Shown here piece by piece: positions 1 through 14,035 of a stretch of 64,000 nt of DNA; the stretch's first letter is position 1, and the number at the start of each line of letters is the position of its first letter. The notes beneath the pieces are model-generated. The model saw nothing but the letters and a program-made list of their open reading frames with translations, searched no databases and was not told the origin of the DNA. The stretch is from positions 1,674,001-1,738,000 of the forward strand of contig JAYWIR010000043.1 in NCBI GenBank assembly GCA_036172245.1. The letters are read 5' to 3'. The position numbers and the translations under genes were made by a program. This DNA comes from Raillietiella orientalis. Its lineage: Eukaryota.

Positions 1-849
1 TCAAACAAGGGAAGTCGAAGACATCGCTCCCTCATCTAAAAGGGACACGACAAAGAAATCGGGGAGAATCAACCCCTCCAGATCTGATTTTCCAGGAACT
101 CTCCCGATGAGTATGCCGTCCTCTACCTTTGTCTTCACTGAGAACAGAGAGAGGTGAGCATCGATTGGGGCATCCGCTGCAGTCCTCCCGGCAGCGCAGT
201 TCAAGATGTGCGCGGCCGGGAAGCATCACCGACGCCACCCTCGCGTCTTTGCCGTCGCCGTGTGCTTCAGGCACTGGGAAACGACGTGCGGAAACGAAAA
301 CGAAAACGGGGGTGGTCAATTTCCTACCCTCTTCCCTATTACTGGCTTGCACCCCGCGGCGCCGCTCCCTTGCCTTTTCAGCTGTTCGTTTTTTTCTTCT
401 CTCTCCCCCCCCCCCCTCTCCCAGAAAGACCAGAGAAAAACGGTTCTCTTTCGGTGCATGCGAGAATGGTCATTTGCCTGCTCCTCCTGGCTCCTAGAGA
501 ACACATTGAATTTAGATCCGAGCTCCCACATCCGTCCTGAGGGGGAGATACTTCAGAGCTCTCACCTTCAGGCAGAACTGCGCCCGCATCTGTGCGTCAG
601 GCCGTGAGGAAAGAGGAAGCGGAACTCAGCCTTCCAGCAAGCCCCAGAGTGATGCTTGACGCTTCAAGCATTTCCTGGGGACCTTTCCGGAAATTTTCTG
701 TTTTCCTGGAGAACATTGGGAACCCTCCTTCCAGGAAAAGTTCCCGCATATCTCGCATATCGATTTTTCATATTATTCTCTTTGTTGCAACTGCCTGAAC
801 CTCTGCTCCGGGTAGCACGCGGACAACATCCCTGAGAGATAGGCTCGGA

Positions 850-3500
850 GCTGATCTCAGTGGGATGCTCCGAGCCGCATCCCTACTCCGATCCGGTATT
901 CTGAGGCGCCTTGTGGGTTGGTGAAGTTGACGGCGACCCTTCCACCGGCAACACCTCTCTCACCCTCCGCTCGGATTATTCCGGAGTAAGAGACGATTAC
1001 CAGAGCTCGGATTATTCCAGAACGAAGATTTTTCGACCGCCAAATCACCACAACCGTGTAATCCAGTGGTCTTACCGTTGTCATACCCCTCGGACAGGAG
1101 GGTGGAGTTTTTGCTTCGGAGCTCTCCTGAGAGAGCACCACAGGAAGTCTCTGATCTTTCCCTCGTTTATCCTTTCTCCCTTTCTCCTGCTCTCCTCCCT
1201 CTGCCCACTAGGCAGAATAGGAAGAACACAAGTCTACTTCCCTGGACCGAGAAAGATTCCACGAGCAGGAAACGATCCAGTAACCTCCGGCAGGAAGCTT
1301 CCAACCGCCGCTCGCCCCGCCCCATGAACGAATACCAAGAGTTTTGCAAGTCCCCTCCAGCTGGGAAAAAACGGAGAGGATTCAGTCCAGCCGGACGCCG
1401 ACTCCGTTCCCCAGGCCGTATATATGCGGGGGAATAGCGCATGAGCCGTGTTTCGGGCGATTATTTCACGAGGGAAGGGTTGCTTCGGCGGGAACAAATA
1501 GGGAAGAATTTGAGAACCGTCGGTAGTTTGCGCTTTGTGCTTCCAGGGGGCGTTTCTCTCCTGCTTCTGAAGACCTTGGGTCGCCCGAGTGTTTCGGTCA
1601 TTTCCCGTTGTTGCAATGTGCCCTCACCTCCTTGTTCTCCTTCCTTCCTTCCTCCTTTTTCGCAATAGCTGGAAAGCTTACGAATAGGGAAAGGGGAAGG
1701 GGAAACTCGCAGGACTATTAACCCAACTTTTCTTCCTTGCTCTTAGATGAGTTCGCCGCAATTAGTTCGGTCTCCAGAGGCAACCCTGCCCTGCCGTGAA
1801 AAGCGGAAGACTGGGAACCGCGATCACCGGCAGGCCACGCGAGACAGCGCACCTGGCGGAGGGAGGAACAACGGTTCCTAGGGAGACGAAGGGAAATGCT
1901 TCCGAAACTATTCCGAACTCTCCCTTTCTTCATAGGGACCGATCCGCTGCACGGCAGGTCGGTTCCTCTACCGCCCAAGTAGTTTCAGTACCCATCGGAG
2001 AGATCCCTCCGTCTTTTACGCTCAGTGGCAAATTTGCCATCCTGTGCGCCGGAAGATCTGCTCACTGTCCTGAGCACACCTAGGGAAAAGGTCTAAATGG
2101 TCCATTGCTTTGAAAGAAGCTAAGAAAGATGAGAGAGAAGGAAACGGGAAAGAGGCGGAGGGGAAGAAGAGCATTGTTGAGACTAGGCGACCCCTACCAC
2201 ATCTGTTTGGGGTTCCAGGGGATGAACAGCGAGATGCTGATAGGAGGGGGAAATGCCCCTACATCCGGAGAAGAAACTACCACGGTAGAGGGAGGGAGGA
2301 TCTTAGAGGGAAGGACAGGGTTTTTCATGACTCATGGAAGAGAAGCTCTGGACCTCTCCCTTTCCCCTTTCTCACTTTGGAGATGACAGTGAGGGAAAGG
2401 CAGCCGGACTGCAAGCTCCCGATGACTTCTTTCTGAATTCTCGCATCTCCTTAGGGCCTCCTCCCTCACTCGTCCTCACTCCCCACCGAAAACTCGCAGA
2501 CTACTGGGATCGCAGTTCTCAGGCAGCACCCAGGGCTATGCGAAGAGAAGAAAAGGACGCGCACTGGCTGCCGTTCTCGCCGGCTCCGGGAGCCGTGGGA
2601 CGTTTGTGCTCTCTGGTGAGCCGGGTTGCACGTTCGCGGTAACCGCCGTGACAGGCGCGTTCGTCTGGTAAGATTCACCGCCTCCTCCTCCTACTGCTTG
2701 GCTTCCGGAGGAGTTACGACCTGCCTCCTAGCTGGTGCAGTGCAGGCGTATTTAACCTTCCTCCTGGTCCCCGTTTCCCTGCTGCATGCTTTGGGCAACA
2801 GGGATGCTCCGCTTCTAGCTATGTCCCTTAGTCAGATCTCTCCAAACTCCTCTTCCAGCGTCGCCTCCTCAGCAGGAATCCCCCCCCCCTTCGCTTTGGA
2901 GGTGGAGTGTCAGAGGGACACCGAGGGTCGCGCACCATCTCCATGAGCACTCGTCCCTCCTGGAGTCCCCGAAATCATGGAACATGCCACCCGCACAAAA
3001 GGCACGATTGGCTTCCGTGAAAGAGAAGAGTGTTGCTACGCTTTCGTTAAGGACACAGTGACAGGATATAAATTAGTAGGTATCCATGGAGAGAACAATC
3101 GTCTTTTCAGCTTTCCTCGGTGTCCGCCAGGACCATGCTCTAGGAACAGCCATTTGTAGAACCAGATGTTCAAGAGGTGCCCTTGAACCACTTTCATTGC
3201 ACATTTCTTATCGGAAACCATGGAAACTCCAATGACTCCTCCCTCCCTGTGGGGTGAGGTTTCGACGGAAAAGTACCGCTCTCCTGGAACCTAGTGAAGA
3301 TTTTCCCTGAGGGCTTTGGGTCTCCGGCTCTCATCCTGTATTTTTTTTCATTTTAACCCCATCGGTACAGAACTTAAGAGATAGGATTCCCGAGCTTGTT
3401 CTTTTCACCTCCCTCGAGACGCAGCTTCCTTACTTCTTGTTTCGTTGCACGTGACAAAGTAGAAAGATGGCCGACTGGCCGATGGGCTCTGAGGACGGAT
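850..3500 (-). mobile_element. Decayed BEL/Pao LTR-retrotransposon (gag-pol relic)
   Basis: Degenerate motifs occur in BEL/Pao order on the minus strand. Gag: 'GDPKPSGKIFTRF' (~3290), 'IPTNLYPVTVSL' (~3060), knuckle-like 'VLFFSSHSPGCC' (~2530). Pol: 'LFIPWNPKQM' (~2210), 'FLASFKAMDHLDLFP' (~2100, cf. IASIFDPLG), 'ELIAANSSK' (~1755, cf. LIAAKS). Integrase-adjacent 'RPLDYTVV' and C-terminal 'GIIRALVIVSYSGIIRA' (~970-1075). Many stops and frameshifts; no LTRs seen. Confidence 0.6.
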
Positions 3501-4399
3501 GGGAACTGAGACTTCTGTGCCTCGTCCATCGCAAAACAACGTGAAACGGAAAGAGGGGAGGAGACGGAGGGATGAGGAGGTGATCTGTCATCATTCTTTT
3601 TCGATTTACAACTGGATCCCCGGCAGTTAAGAATGATGCTGTCCACCGCATACTATTCTTCAGGGCTTCGCACATGTTTTCACGGGTTCTGATAGTCCCT
3701 GAGACGGTGGTAAGTAAGATCCTGAGGATGACCATCAATCCGGAAGCAGTAGGGATTTCCTCGAGCGGTTCCGAAACTCGTCGCAACTTGCAGCATCTCT
3801 GGAAGCCATGTGAAGCAGAAGAAAAAACGTGCCCGTGCGAGCTGTGCTCTTTGCGAATGCTCTACGAGCTGAAACGGCATGGGACAGAAACGAGGCGTCC
3901 AGCTCATGAATTTAAAGGTCGGATAGCTGCAACAAGAAGAAGAAGCGATGAATCCCTTGCCAGGAAGGAATTGGACGCCCTTCTGTTCAGCGCGCAACAT
4001 TCTCCTCCAAACTCAGCACTGAGTTCACAATGCAGAGCCGATACCAGCATGACTGCTACGAAACCAAAGAGCTTGTGATCGACAGATGACTTTTTTTTCA
4101 GTGAACTTGAATCAGGTTTAAGTAACCAGGGATGAGCAAATTTCTGTCCAAGAGAGTATTGCTGCTTCATCATATGGCTTTGGCTTCCACAGACTTCAAA
4201 GACATGAGTCTTCGAAGACATGAGCGTAGACTAGAAGTAGGGTGTTGAATTTACGTCCCGTAAATCCCATAAAAAGATCAGTCAAGACGGTTGAAAGGAA
4301 GCCGGGCGACTGCAGGTTTGAGAGTCCCCTGAAGTCTCTTAAGTCCTGCAGAGTCCACAAGTGGTTGTGCGCGAAGAAGGGTTGCCTTCAAATTAAGAG

Positions 4400-6230
4400 T
4401 GCAAAACTTCCCACTCCTAATTCCACAACAGGCGAATAGGTGCAGATGTCAGCTATTTGCGAAGACCAACAGCAATCTTCTTCCTTCATTTGGAGCACCC
4501 TCAAAATGAATTTCAACGGGTGTCACTCAAAACGCTGTTCTCCAGTGATGGATTTGCACATAAGAAATCGCCTTTCAGTCATTAATCTACAATGGAAAAT
4601 TTGGGGGAACACCTGATCCTGGAATCTGGGACCTTTTCCATCTTTCAAATCATTAATCTACAATGTTCCACGAAGGATATGATGAGGAAGCATCTTATTC
4701 CCCTTACTTTTAATATTCCACCTTCCTGAAAAGTTTATCCGTGCGTTGACATCTCATTCGTTTATTCAGCATCACTCACTTAGGAACTAATTGGTGAGAT
4801 ACGGTTTCCCGTCCACATGAATCAGCTGGTCGATGAGGCACAATTTCAGAAGACAACGAAGTTTCTGAGCACTGCACGGATGATCATCATAAGAGCAGAT
4901 TTAGATCTGCTTTCATTATGAAACATTTAGAAGAAGGGGCAGTTTGCTTAAATACTTTTTGACAGAATTTTTACATGATATGTCAGATCATATTCACTGT
5001 GAAGATTTTTCAGACTGTGCTCCATGGCTCCTCTTTGATGAATTCTTTTTACTCTCCTCTTTCAAATGCGCAATTACCAAACAGCAGGGATCTCCATCAT
5101 CCTTTCCAGGGTTTTCATTCTCTACACGAGAATATGTGGCGCAGTTTGTGGAATTCCGTCTAAAGCCTGCATGCCAGAACGAGCACTTAATGAAAGATTC
5201 TTTGTCATACGGTGGTGAACAAGACCACAAACAGAGCAGCGGCATGTGGTCCAAGGTCCAACGAAGTCCATATTAAACCGCAGGGAACGAGAAGTGAAGT
5301 TCTTCTGCAGCAAGGCAACAACAAGTTGCTGTTGCTCACTCAGGCTTGAAGAATCGTCTTGAGCTTCCGAGAACTGAGTTATGAAATTACTTTGCTTCGA
5401 GTTCCGTACTCTCTAATTAGGATTTTGTTTCCTGCGCTCCTTTTCAAGTAAGTCTCCAATTGCTAGACCAGCGGCGAAACCCCTACAAAAAAGCACCGAA
5501 AAGCAAAACACGTGCAACAGCGACTCCTGTAGAGAAGCACACTACTTGAAGCTTCTAATGTGGTGTGTATAGCAGGAGTGCTTGGTCTGCCGACCGGTGG
5601 TATTGCTGGCAGAATGCATTGGCTGGCAATCGCTTCCGACCCCTTCCAGGGTCATGTGTACTAATCTATTATCCATACAGTTGAGAACGCTGATAGATCG
5701 AGTGGCTCAGGCATGTGGATCTCAACGATTCCGTCAGCTACTTAAAGATCTTCCTATTTCTAGCCATAGTGAGGATGAAATGACGCCGCTCCATTCAGGG
5801 ACGAAGAAGCAGTCCAGCCGCTGGTGAAGATCGACCTAGAGAAACAAGAACACGGGTCAAGTTCTGACAGACCAGTTTGACTGAGTGCCTGCAAAGGAAA
5901 TGCCGTGGAAAAGCAACGATGAAACAGACTTATCTGGAGATTATGGCCTATTCTTACTACCCCAAAGTTCCTCCAACTTCACAGAAAGATCTTTCAAATA
6001 TGACTGCTGGAGAATAATTTTCCAAGACAGGTGTGTGCCTTATAAAGGAGTGGAACGGAGCTGCATTTGTGTGGAAGGCCTGGAATTCTTCCTGAGCCTG
6101 CAGCATTGCACCGTTTCCTCACACAAGGGAGGAAAAAGCAACAATTTTGGAATCTTCCCGCCCGCTAGCTCAACTTAACGGAATAACCAGCAAACCAGAG
6201 CAACAGCATGCCCTTAACCAAAAAAAAAAA
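4400..6230 (+). mobile_element. Decayed non-LTR retrotransposon (LINE) 3' part
   Basis: Weak RT-like remnant ('EFLHDMSDHIHCEDFSDC', ~4965-5020), a C-terminal Cys motif 'SCICVEGLEFFLSLQHC' (~6060-6110), and an A-tract at 6220-6230. Confidence 0.35.
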
Positions 6231-7699
6231 TCACTCTTCGAAATGGAAAATGTGCAAGATTTTCTGGAAATTTCTGAACGGCACTTTGTTTGCCCTTGAG
6301 ACCCCCTTTATGGATTTCGGAGTTTTTTTTTTTTTTTTTTTTTTCATAATCCCCGGATCAAGATAAACTGGGTGTTCCGTAATTTCGTTTTTTGATGGAA
6401 AAAAATTAATCTCAAGATGGGAATGAACACAAAGCTGTCCAAGAAATTGAAACGCATTTTTCACTGAACGATAGGTGACTAGCATTTCCATCGGAAGCAA
6501 ATCTTCATGATTTCGACACGAAAAATTGGTTTTCGCCCAATGCACAAAAAGAGCAGAGAATCCTGGAAGTCCGTTTGACTCCAAAATGGAAATGTTTGGT
6601 CTATTCCAAAATAAAGAATGCAGCAGGTGCAGTCATTCTACAAGCACCACACAGTGTCTTGTGAGAAAAAAAAATCCTACATGCGTAAGAGTTCAAAAAA
6701 AATGCAACATTCCACGTAGCATACTTTTCTGTTCTTTAGATTTTCTCAGAGAATGATCAGTTTCATGGTGCTGTACTTACTCCAGTACTCTTCTCAGCAT
6801 ATCAATAATTTAGTCAAAGAATGAGAATGCGAAAGAAGGCAGAGATGCTGGGAACCGTGTTTGCAGCGCGGTCAGCCCAAGTAGGGGCAAGTAGACTTGG
6901 CCTTGTCTTTTCGTCATCCAAAACTTCGGAAAACGTTACTGCTTAATGCACCTCGTTGCTTTTCTTATAATATCTTTTTCTAAAAAAGTCTATGAGGACA
7001 TTCTCATTTCAATTATTCTAACATTATTTACAATCACTGCCTACCAATCATTCATAACTGCCGTCAAAACTTTGAGTAGCAAGGGTTCCCTCCATCATTT
7101 GCATTCTATCTTGAGCATTATATCTTTGCACTATATCTTCGCCTTTGTATTATAGTTTTATCATCTCGCAATCCGCTCCGACTTGGTTTTCCGATACTGG
7201 AGCATAAGAATCGACAGAATTTGGAGACACCTATGTGTTTACTGCCCTTACCGCGCGTGGTTCAGTTTTGATTTTCGAAGAGCTGAATCTCAGGAATGAA
7301 AGTTTTACTTTCTTGACTCTTCGTTCCTGTTCTTCAGTTTTGTTTTCTTTTTATTCTATTCCTAATAAATTTGCATGACTCTGTAGGGGGATTCTGCAAA
7401 GACCGAAGGACAGACTCCAGCGGACGGCCCCTGCAGGAAATCAAATGATTCTGAAGCAAATATTTCAAAGCTCTTCTTGTTTCATTTCGTATTCCCTTGT
7501 TCTCCCTCTTCCTTCATTCACCAGGATGTACTTCTAAACGATCGATCCGTGGCGCTATTCGCCAACTTAATAGCTATATTTGAATATTTTCACCTGAGTG
7601 ACGTCATGAGAAACGAAGAAATCAGTCAAACATCCTTAGGAACCATTCCAATTTGTACACATACATGGTACTTTACGATGCACATTGTCTGGGCTGCTA

Positions 7700-10300
7700 A
7701 CATTCTCTTCCTGGGAGCACTGTTTTGTACAAAGCGCCATACTCGAATTTCTGGAACAAATCCTTGACAGCAGCATCAACAGTGTTAGAAACCAGACCAC
7801 ACAAGATTTGCAGGTTCCGGAGCACCATCTCGTTGGCACTGGGTCTTCATGTCTGTGTCTTCATGTAACCGTTCCTCTACCCAGGCAACCGTCTTCACAT
7901 AACGGTTTAACTTGTTTAGCAAAAACTGGTCCAGCTGCTGCGTTTCTGTTTCCACAGACGTCTGTGAAAGAGAACATGTGTTTGTTCTGTAAACGTATGT
8001 CACCAGCTTAGAGAAATTATTGTCAGCTCAGTTTTTTCAGGAATTTAATAACAGATTTGCATTCGAAGAAGGTAAAGAAGGGATTCCTGGCAGCAGCCTA
8101 TCATTCCGTAATTTTACTAACTGTCTTTAAAATTCTTTTAATTCACTTGTTGTAAATGATAGGATAGGTACATATGTTTCAAGAGCTTGCAGTAAGAGTT
8201 AGAGTTAAATACCAGCATAATTTGAATTAGTTGTCATATCACTCCAGGCTATTGTGTTTCGAAAGTTACGCAAGGGTTATGCGATTGAGGATCAGAGCAA
8301 ATAACGGCAGTAATTACATCACTGTATATGTTTCCTACTACGTTTGCGATCAAAGATAAATAACTTTCAATATGAAAACAAACGAAATAAGTTGTCACAT
8401 TATGGAAGTTAGCAGCCGTTTTTCCGTGCCACCATTCGATGTAGTAATTTGGTCAGTATAATAGAGAGAGACACGACAAATGTCGCTGGCATCACGATCC
8501 ACCCATTGGAAAGTCCAAAACTGCTTGCTGCCCACGTTATGCACAATCAATTCAACTCAGTATAATTGTTACATGGAAGAACGAAAGAGATTAATTTCAA
8601 GATGAATCGAGCAGAGATGAGCATCTTTTGTCCCTCTGTTTAAGTGCCGACTCTACGAATGCCTCTCCAGATGAGAAGATGGTTCTCCACCTGCTGACTG
8701 TGGCTGCAAAGGTTAATGCCGTCTTTATCTTCACATGTTGAGGACGTTGCTTCTCGAGCTCGGACAAATGAGCAGCGTTTGGGACTTTCGTATCAGAACT
8801 CTACAACTCTACTCATCTAAACTGGAAGTGAGCCGCATATTATTTCAAATGCATTTCGGAAAACCGTTCACCTCTATTGACTTTGCTCCAAGATTTTGGC
8901 AAAAGGGGATCTTGTTCTCTACGTACGTAGCGTGAAATGATAGAGGACCTCTTCAAGTCGCTCCCCATTTGACCTTGCATCTTTTCAAAACGCGAAGCCT
9001 CTTTTTAAAAGGATGTATTCGGCAAATTGGACCACAGATGTTTACTGATGGCGACTTTCTTCTGTGGAGCCAGCACCTGCGGTTGAGGACAAATACACAG
9101 AAACGTTCTCGTAGTTATCCTCAACGGTTGCAACAGTTAAATATGCATTGCTTCACTGTGAAACAGAAATGCCACTCACTTCGAATGCATTGGAGTCGCT
9201 TTACCAGCTATGTAATCAAACGACTCCTCTAAAAAAACACCTTCATAGGGAATATCCAGAACTAAATGCGTTTTGGGATTCAGTTCATTCTTGAAAAGCA
9301 CCCTTTTCAAGAATGCAGAAGTTTGTTAAATTTGATGGATTGAGAAATCATGAACCAAAAATTCTTTTTACTTCTGACTAAAAAATGCTGAGCTGCCACC
9401 TCGTTTACGGATTCTGAATTTAGATCGTTAGCCCATTAAAATCTGCCAGTCCGGAACTTTTTTTTTTTTCTTTTTTTTTTTACAAGCTTCAATAGATAAT
9501 TCCCTCCAGAAAAGGGTGTTCTGTGCATCTATCACGTAGTAAGACAATCAATAAATCATACTCTGTAGAAGTGATAGAAGCAGTGCATTCACTCAGCTGT
9601 TTATTAATGCAATGTATTCATCTAGTTTCTACACTTTTTGCCCGATGGCAGTGAACATGTCCGTAATCGCAACTGTGGGCAGTGAGCAATTGCAAAAAAG
9701 GCACAGCTTTTAATTTCTTTGCGCCTGCTTTGCCAGCCAACTTCCTGAACAGCTGCTGACAACAGTTGTTTCTTGAAAATCTCTTGCAGTGTTTCACATT
9801 TTGCCATTCTGGAGGAAGCACATGGTGCAATCTCAGCACTTCCTCTGGCAGTAGTCGTTCCTACGAAAAGATTTTCCAGTTCGAAACACTTGGTTTCATA
9901 TTTAAAATATTCAACAGATTTTCCAATAATATCAGGAGGCTGAAAAAGTTGAGGACTTTGCAGACTCCACTGCAAATATTTCAAAAGAAACAAGACATTT
10001 GGTTGGTGACTGGGCTCATACTCTCGATACGTAGCATCTCATCAGATATGTGATCCATACTCTACATTGCCATGCTTTTCATTTTGAAATGGGATGCAAA
10101 CTTGTCAAATCTCCCCTTTCGCATCAGAGAAAATCTTTATTGCTGTTTTTCTTCCCGAAGCAGACTTCCAAAAATGATGCAAAGACATCCAGGGGAACAT
10201 TGGTGAAAAAAATCGAATGATGTTTTCTTTGCCATTTGATTCGCTACAGGAAACTGATACAGGCAACGCAGATTGGGACGTTTAAAAATGTTCATAAAAA
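7700..10300 (+). mobile_element. Decayed LINE ORF2 (endonuclease/RT relic)
   Basis: 'ILFQMHFGKPFTSIDF...QKGIL' (~8840-8915, cf. DFxKAFDSID), 'KTRSLFLKGCIRQIGPQMF' (~8990-9045, cf. GxxQGCxLSPxLF) and later RT-thumb-like remnants. Interrupted by stops. Confidence 0.45.
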
Positions 10301-11099
10301 GTTCTCCTTTGCCCAATTAATCCGAACATGCACAACAAAAATTGCGGACGGGGTCATATAAATTCTTCCTTCTGGCTAGGGAAAACACGGAGGAAAACTC
10401 TCTCGAGACTTCCTGCTCAACCACCAACGGCTGGAAACCATAATACGGGAACTGAGGATCTAATTTCTCGGGTGGCGTACTACTTATATCAAAACATATA
10501 TATCACATGATAAAATCGAAAACATCACAGGAATTCATTTAAATCAAAGCAATAGGCATTAAGTGACTGCAATCCATTTCCTTATGAATTTCCTTCTCAC
10601 GCAAACGCAAACCGATTTGAAAATGAAGCGGTCGTCATTGAAAACCTCGAAAGTGAGCAGGCCAACATCGACCTTTATTTACTCAAATCTCAATCGAATT
10701 CTTCATTCCTCGACCGCAACTAATTATGGATAAAATTGAACAAACGAATACTTGCCAAAACTGAACTTTTTTCCCATTAAAACGGTGGACAAACCTACGT
10801 TTTTCCATGTATTTTTTATTTTCTTTAAAAAAAGGAGCTTGCGCCTCGAATTCGGGCTCTCCAGGAATAGTCGTGTGCTTTGAACTGACCACCGCACACC
10901 TTCATTTGTAGAAAGCAAGAAGTAGATGTGACAAAGATTCGATAAGAGAGACCGCATTATGCACGCAGTGTAATCATCCAGAATCTAAATTGACCTGAAT
11001 AGTAAGCTTTATAGTTTCATCCACGAGGTAGGAAACACTGCATGGTATTTGGTTCGTTCGAAACGTGGCGTGGACGTGAAACCAAAAAACAAAAAGTAT

Positions 11100-12250
11100 G
11101 ACTTGACAGTAGCTGCACATAAAATGTAACTTCCGTAATGTAATTGCACGAGAGCAGGAACGGATATGTAACAGATACCTGCTTAAATTGTAGCAGAATA
11201 GTACCGTGAGAAACAGATCCCACGTCTGTTTACCAACGGAAATTTACAATTAACGAACAGTATTAAACAAATAAAAATTGTTCCCTGAAGCAACTGCCTT
11301 ACGTATTTATTGGATAATCCAATTACAAGAATTTCCATCGGATCGAAAACCATTGCTTCAAATTGAAAATATTAACTCTGGAGAACTCTGCACGCAAACT
11401 ACAAGCAAAAATTATGTGTGCGCCTGCATCAAAGTAAAATAGATTTTTTTTAAAAAGTCCACACAGAATTAGCACTTTCTTATTGATTTTAAATGTTGAC
11501 CTTGAAATGTTCGCTGTTACTTTGAAATCATGAAATCTTTTCGATGCACTTGGGTACCCTGAACGAGTTTCCAAGCCGTTTAAAATGGCATTCCTATTGT
11601 AATATTTTTTGGATTTCCTGCGTTTTGGATGCAAGCTGGTACATCATTACTGGTAATTTAGTTTATTGGCAATTCCATTCAGAGTTCTGCGTGTTGTGGT
11701 CGATGTTGTAATCTTTGAATGTCTTCTAAGCATTGTTTTTAAAGATCAAGTTAAGGGTTATTTAAAATTCATTAACGTATTGCCATACGCCGAAAATGTA
11801 GTTGCTTGCTTGCTAATTCAATATTTGCTTCCTCGTTATTTTTGAAAACTATACCCCTTTTTTTTTTTTTCAACGAAGCCTTCAGGTATTTGCACATTTA
11901 TGCTCAATCTGTTAAGTACCCATGCATTTAGTTCTTTAAGAATCTTTGGTGCATTCGATCTGCTTCCCTGCTTGGTAATTAAAATAATTTGCAGTTCATC
12001 TCTTGATGTTTTGAGCATAAATGAAATAATCCTGTTGATGGCCGTTTAGATTACACCCAAGTTTAAGTATCTTATAACTTTTACGTGATGTCACAGAACT
12101 TTGCTTGAGTTTTTTCTTCATCTTCTTCAAACAAGAACTCAGATATCGTCTACTTTGATAAGTTTCAGGAAAAAACTTATGCACACTTATTAAAGAATGC
12201 AACAATGTGCACATCATTGTTAATATGTCTGTGAAAGTTCAAGTTTTTCA
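11100..12250 (-). mobile_element. Decayed LINE RT relic
   Basis: 'KILKLGCNLNG..DYFI' (cf. GxxQGCxLSP), then 'RDELQIIL...KILKELNAWVLNRLSINVQ...GIVFKN' (cf. ADDxxLL...LxxLxxW...LxxNxxKTxxxVF). Confidence 0.5.
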
Positions 12251-13810
12251 GCCACTTGCATACCTTAATATTAAAGGTATGTGTTATTTGGTGATCAGAA
12301 TAAAATACACTATGTTTGTGCATGTCTTAGATATATTGACTATATTAATGCATTTATTATAGGAACATAGAAAATGCCCTTGTTCAAATCCATGTGCTCC
12401 AAATCAAAAATCTCAATGCTTATGAGTATGAATAATTTTCTGTTTAGCAGGAAAGCTTCATCGTGAATGAAAATCGATTTTAGATTTTCATATTTTTTAG
12501 TCAAATCATGCACATCTAGAAACGAAGATATGCAAATCTTCAAAACAGAAATGAATCTTAAGCATTAAGTTAATTTACTGAATAAAATGATTTCTTGATG
12601 AAAAAAATATCATGATTCCAACAAATTAGAGTGAAAGAGTCAACAAAAGGTTTTTTCTTAAACTGATCCTGAAAAAGCTCAAAGTGACTTTCATTGCAGA
12701 AGTAATGTTAGAAATGGTGAAGAAAGTGAAATTTCTGTTATTTTCCAACAAAACTTTTAATTCATTGAATTTCCACATATGAATGAAATGCACAGAACTA
12801 CAGATATCAGTATAAGTCATGCAGACATTCATGATAAAAATTTTAGATTTTGCCAAAACCAAAAAAAAAGCTACATCTGTATAGAGTAGCATGATGAACT
12901 GATAATGCAACCATGAACAATCAGACTATATACAGATGTCGCTAATTCAAACTCCCAGCATGCTGAATATCCAAAACTTGAGTTACTTGCATATTGGATA
13001 GCAGGGAAATTTTTTAATCAATAAATAATGGCTATTTTACAGATTTATTGAATAGGAAACCAAACCTGTAGTTGTGAATGCCACAAACCTTAATGAAACT
13101 ACTTGATATCATAAAACATCTTGGAATCAGAGTACTACTTCATAGCCCTGAATCAGCAATATAGGATGCATGCTCATCTGCATTTTCAGTGCCCATTTTT
13201 TTTTATAGAATACATAATTTCAAACCACTTATGTAAGCTCTTATTTACCTGCTTTTAATGTAATCTCAAGTGTTACAAATATTCATGCCTTTTACTTATT
13301 GCCCGCACTTCCAAATGAATTCCACCGTTTCCGCGTAATCATGAACAGTTGTGATAATATACAGAATGCGATAGTCAAAATTTAATGTAAAGAATAACAG
13401 ATATACAACATATATCGTCGAAACATACAAAACTTTTCGTTGATTCTGTGAAAGAATGCTCAAGTAGAAAGGCATCATTCGTGATAATGGCAGTTTAGCT
13501 CAAAGGTATGATCCTATGCAATATAGAAATTGGCCCAGCAGTACCAAAACGAAGTAGTGAATTTCCATCACTTACATATTCCAGTTATTCTCATTTATTA
13601 CGAATTCTTATGTGTAGCAAACCTCGATTATATATCAATTGCATGAAACAATCCGGTTCGCTTCATTGCCGACTTCTCGAACAAGTCCAAACAGTGTTCC
13701 CATCTTTTATGTTTATGAGACTTTACTTATTACACGATGATCCTTCGCAAATTATTTACATTTAGAAGCTTCTCTGAAAATAGTCACTTCTATATTCAAG
13801 CTTTTAGTTC

Positions 13811-14035
13811 AGTCAACGATATGATGCATTGAATGCATCATGTGTCTCAATGCAATAACTCTGTAATCTCTTATATGATTAAACAGAAATATTTTAAAGG
13901 AGGTACCCAAAATAATGTAAGTATAACAAAACTTCTGTTAACATACAGTCACACCTTATTTACTTCATTAAAAAGATGCACACATTCACGACAAATTCCA
14001 TTATCTCAGAAGATGTTGGCTCATAAAATGGCTTA
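13811..14035. repeat. ~225-bp dispersed direct repeat, copy 1 (copy 2 at 15455-15682)
   Basis: Alignable by eye from 'agtcaacgatatgatgcattgaatgc' to 'gatgttggctcataaaatggctta', with scattered substitutions and small indels. Confidence 0.9.

Noticed and set aside
7785..7960. Possible minus-strand terminal exon (TSVETETQQLDQFLL...GF*) after a good acceptor
   Set aside because: No partner exons or homology recognised, and the plus strand can be read as a LINE endonuclease remnant. Unresolved without RNA-seq.
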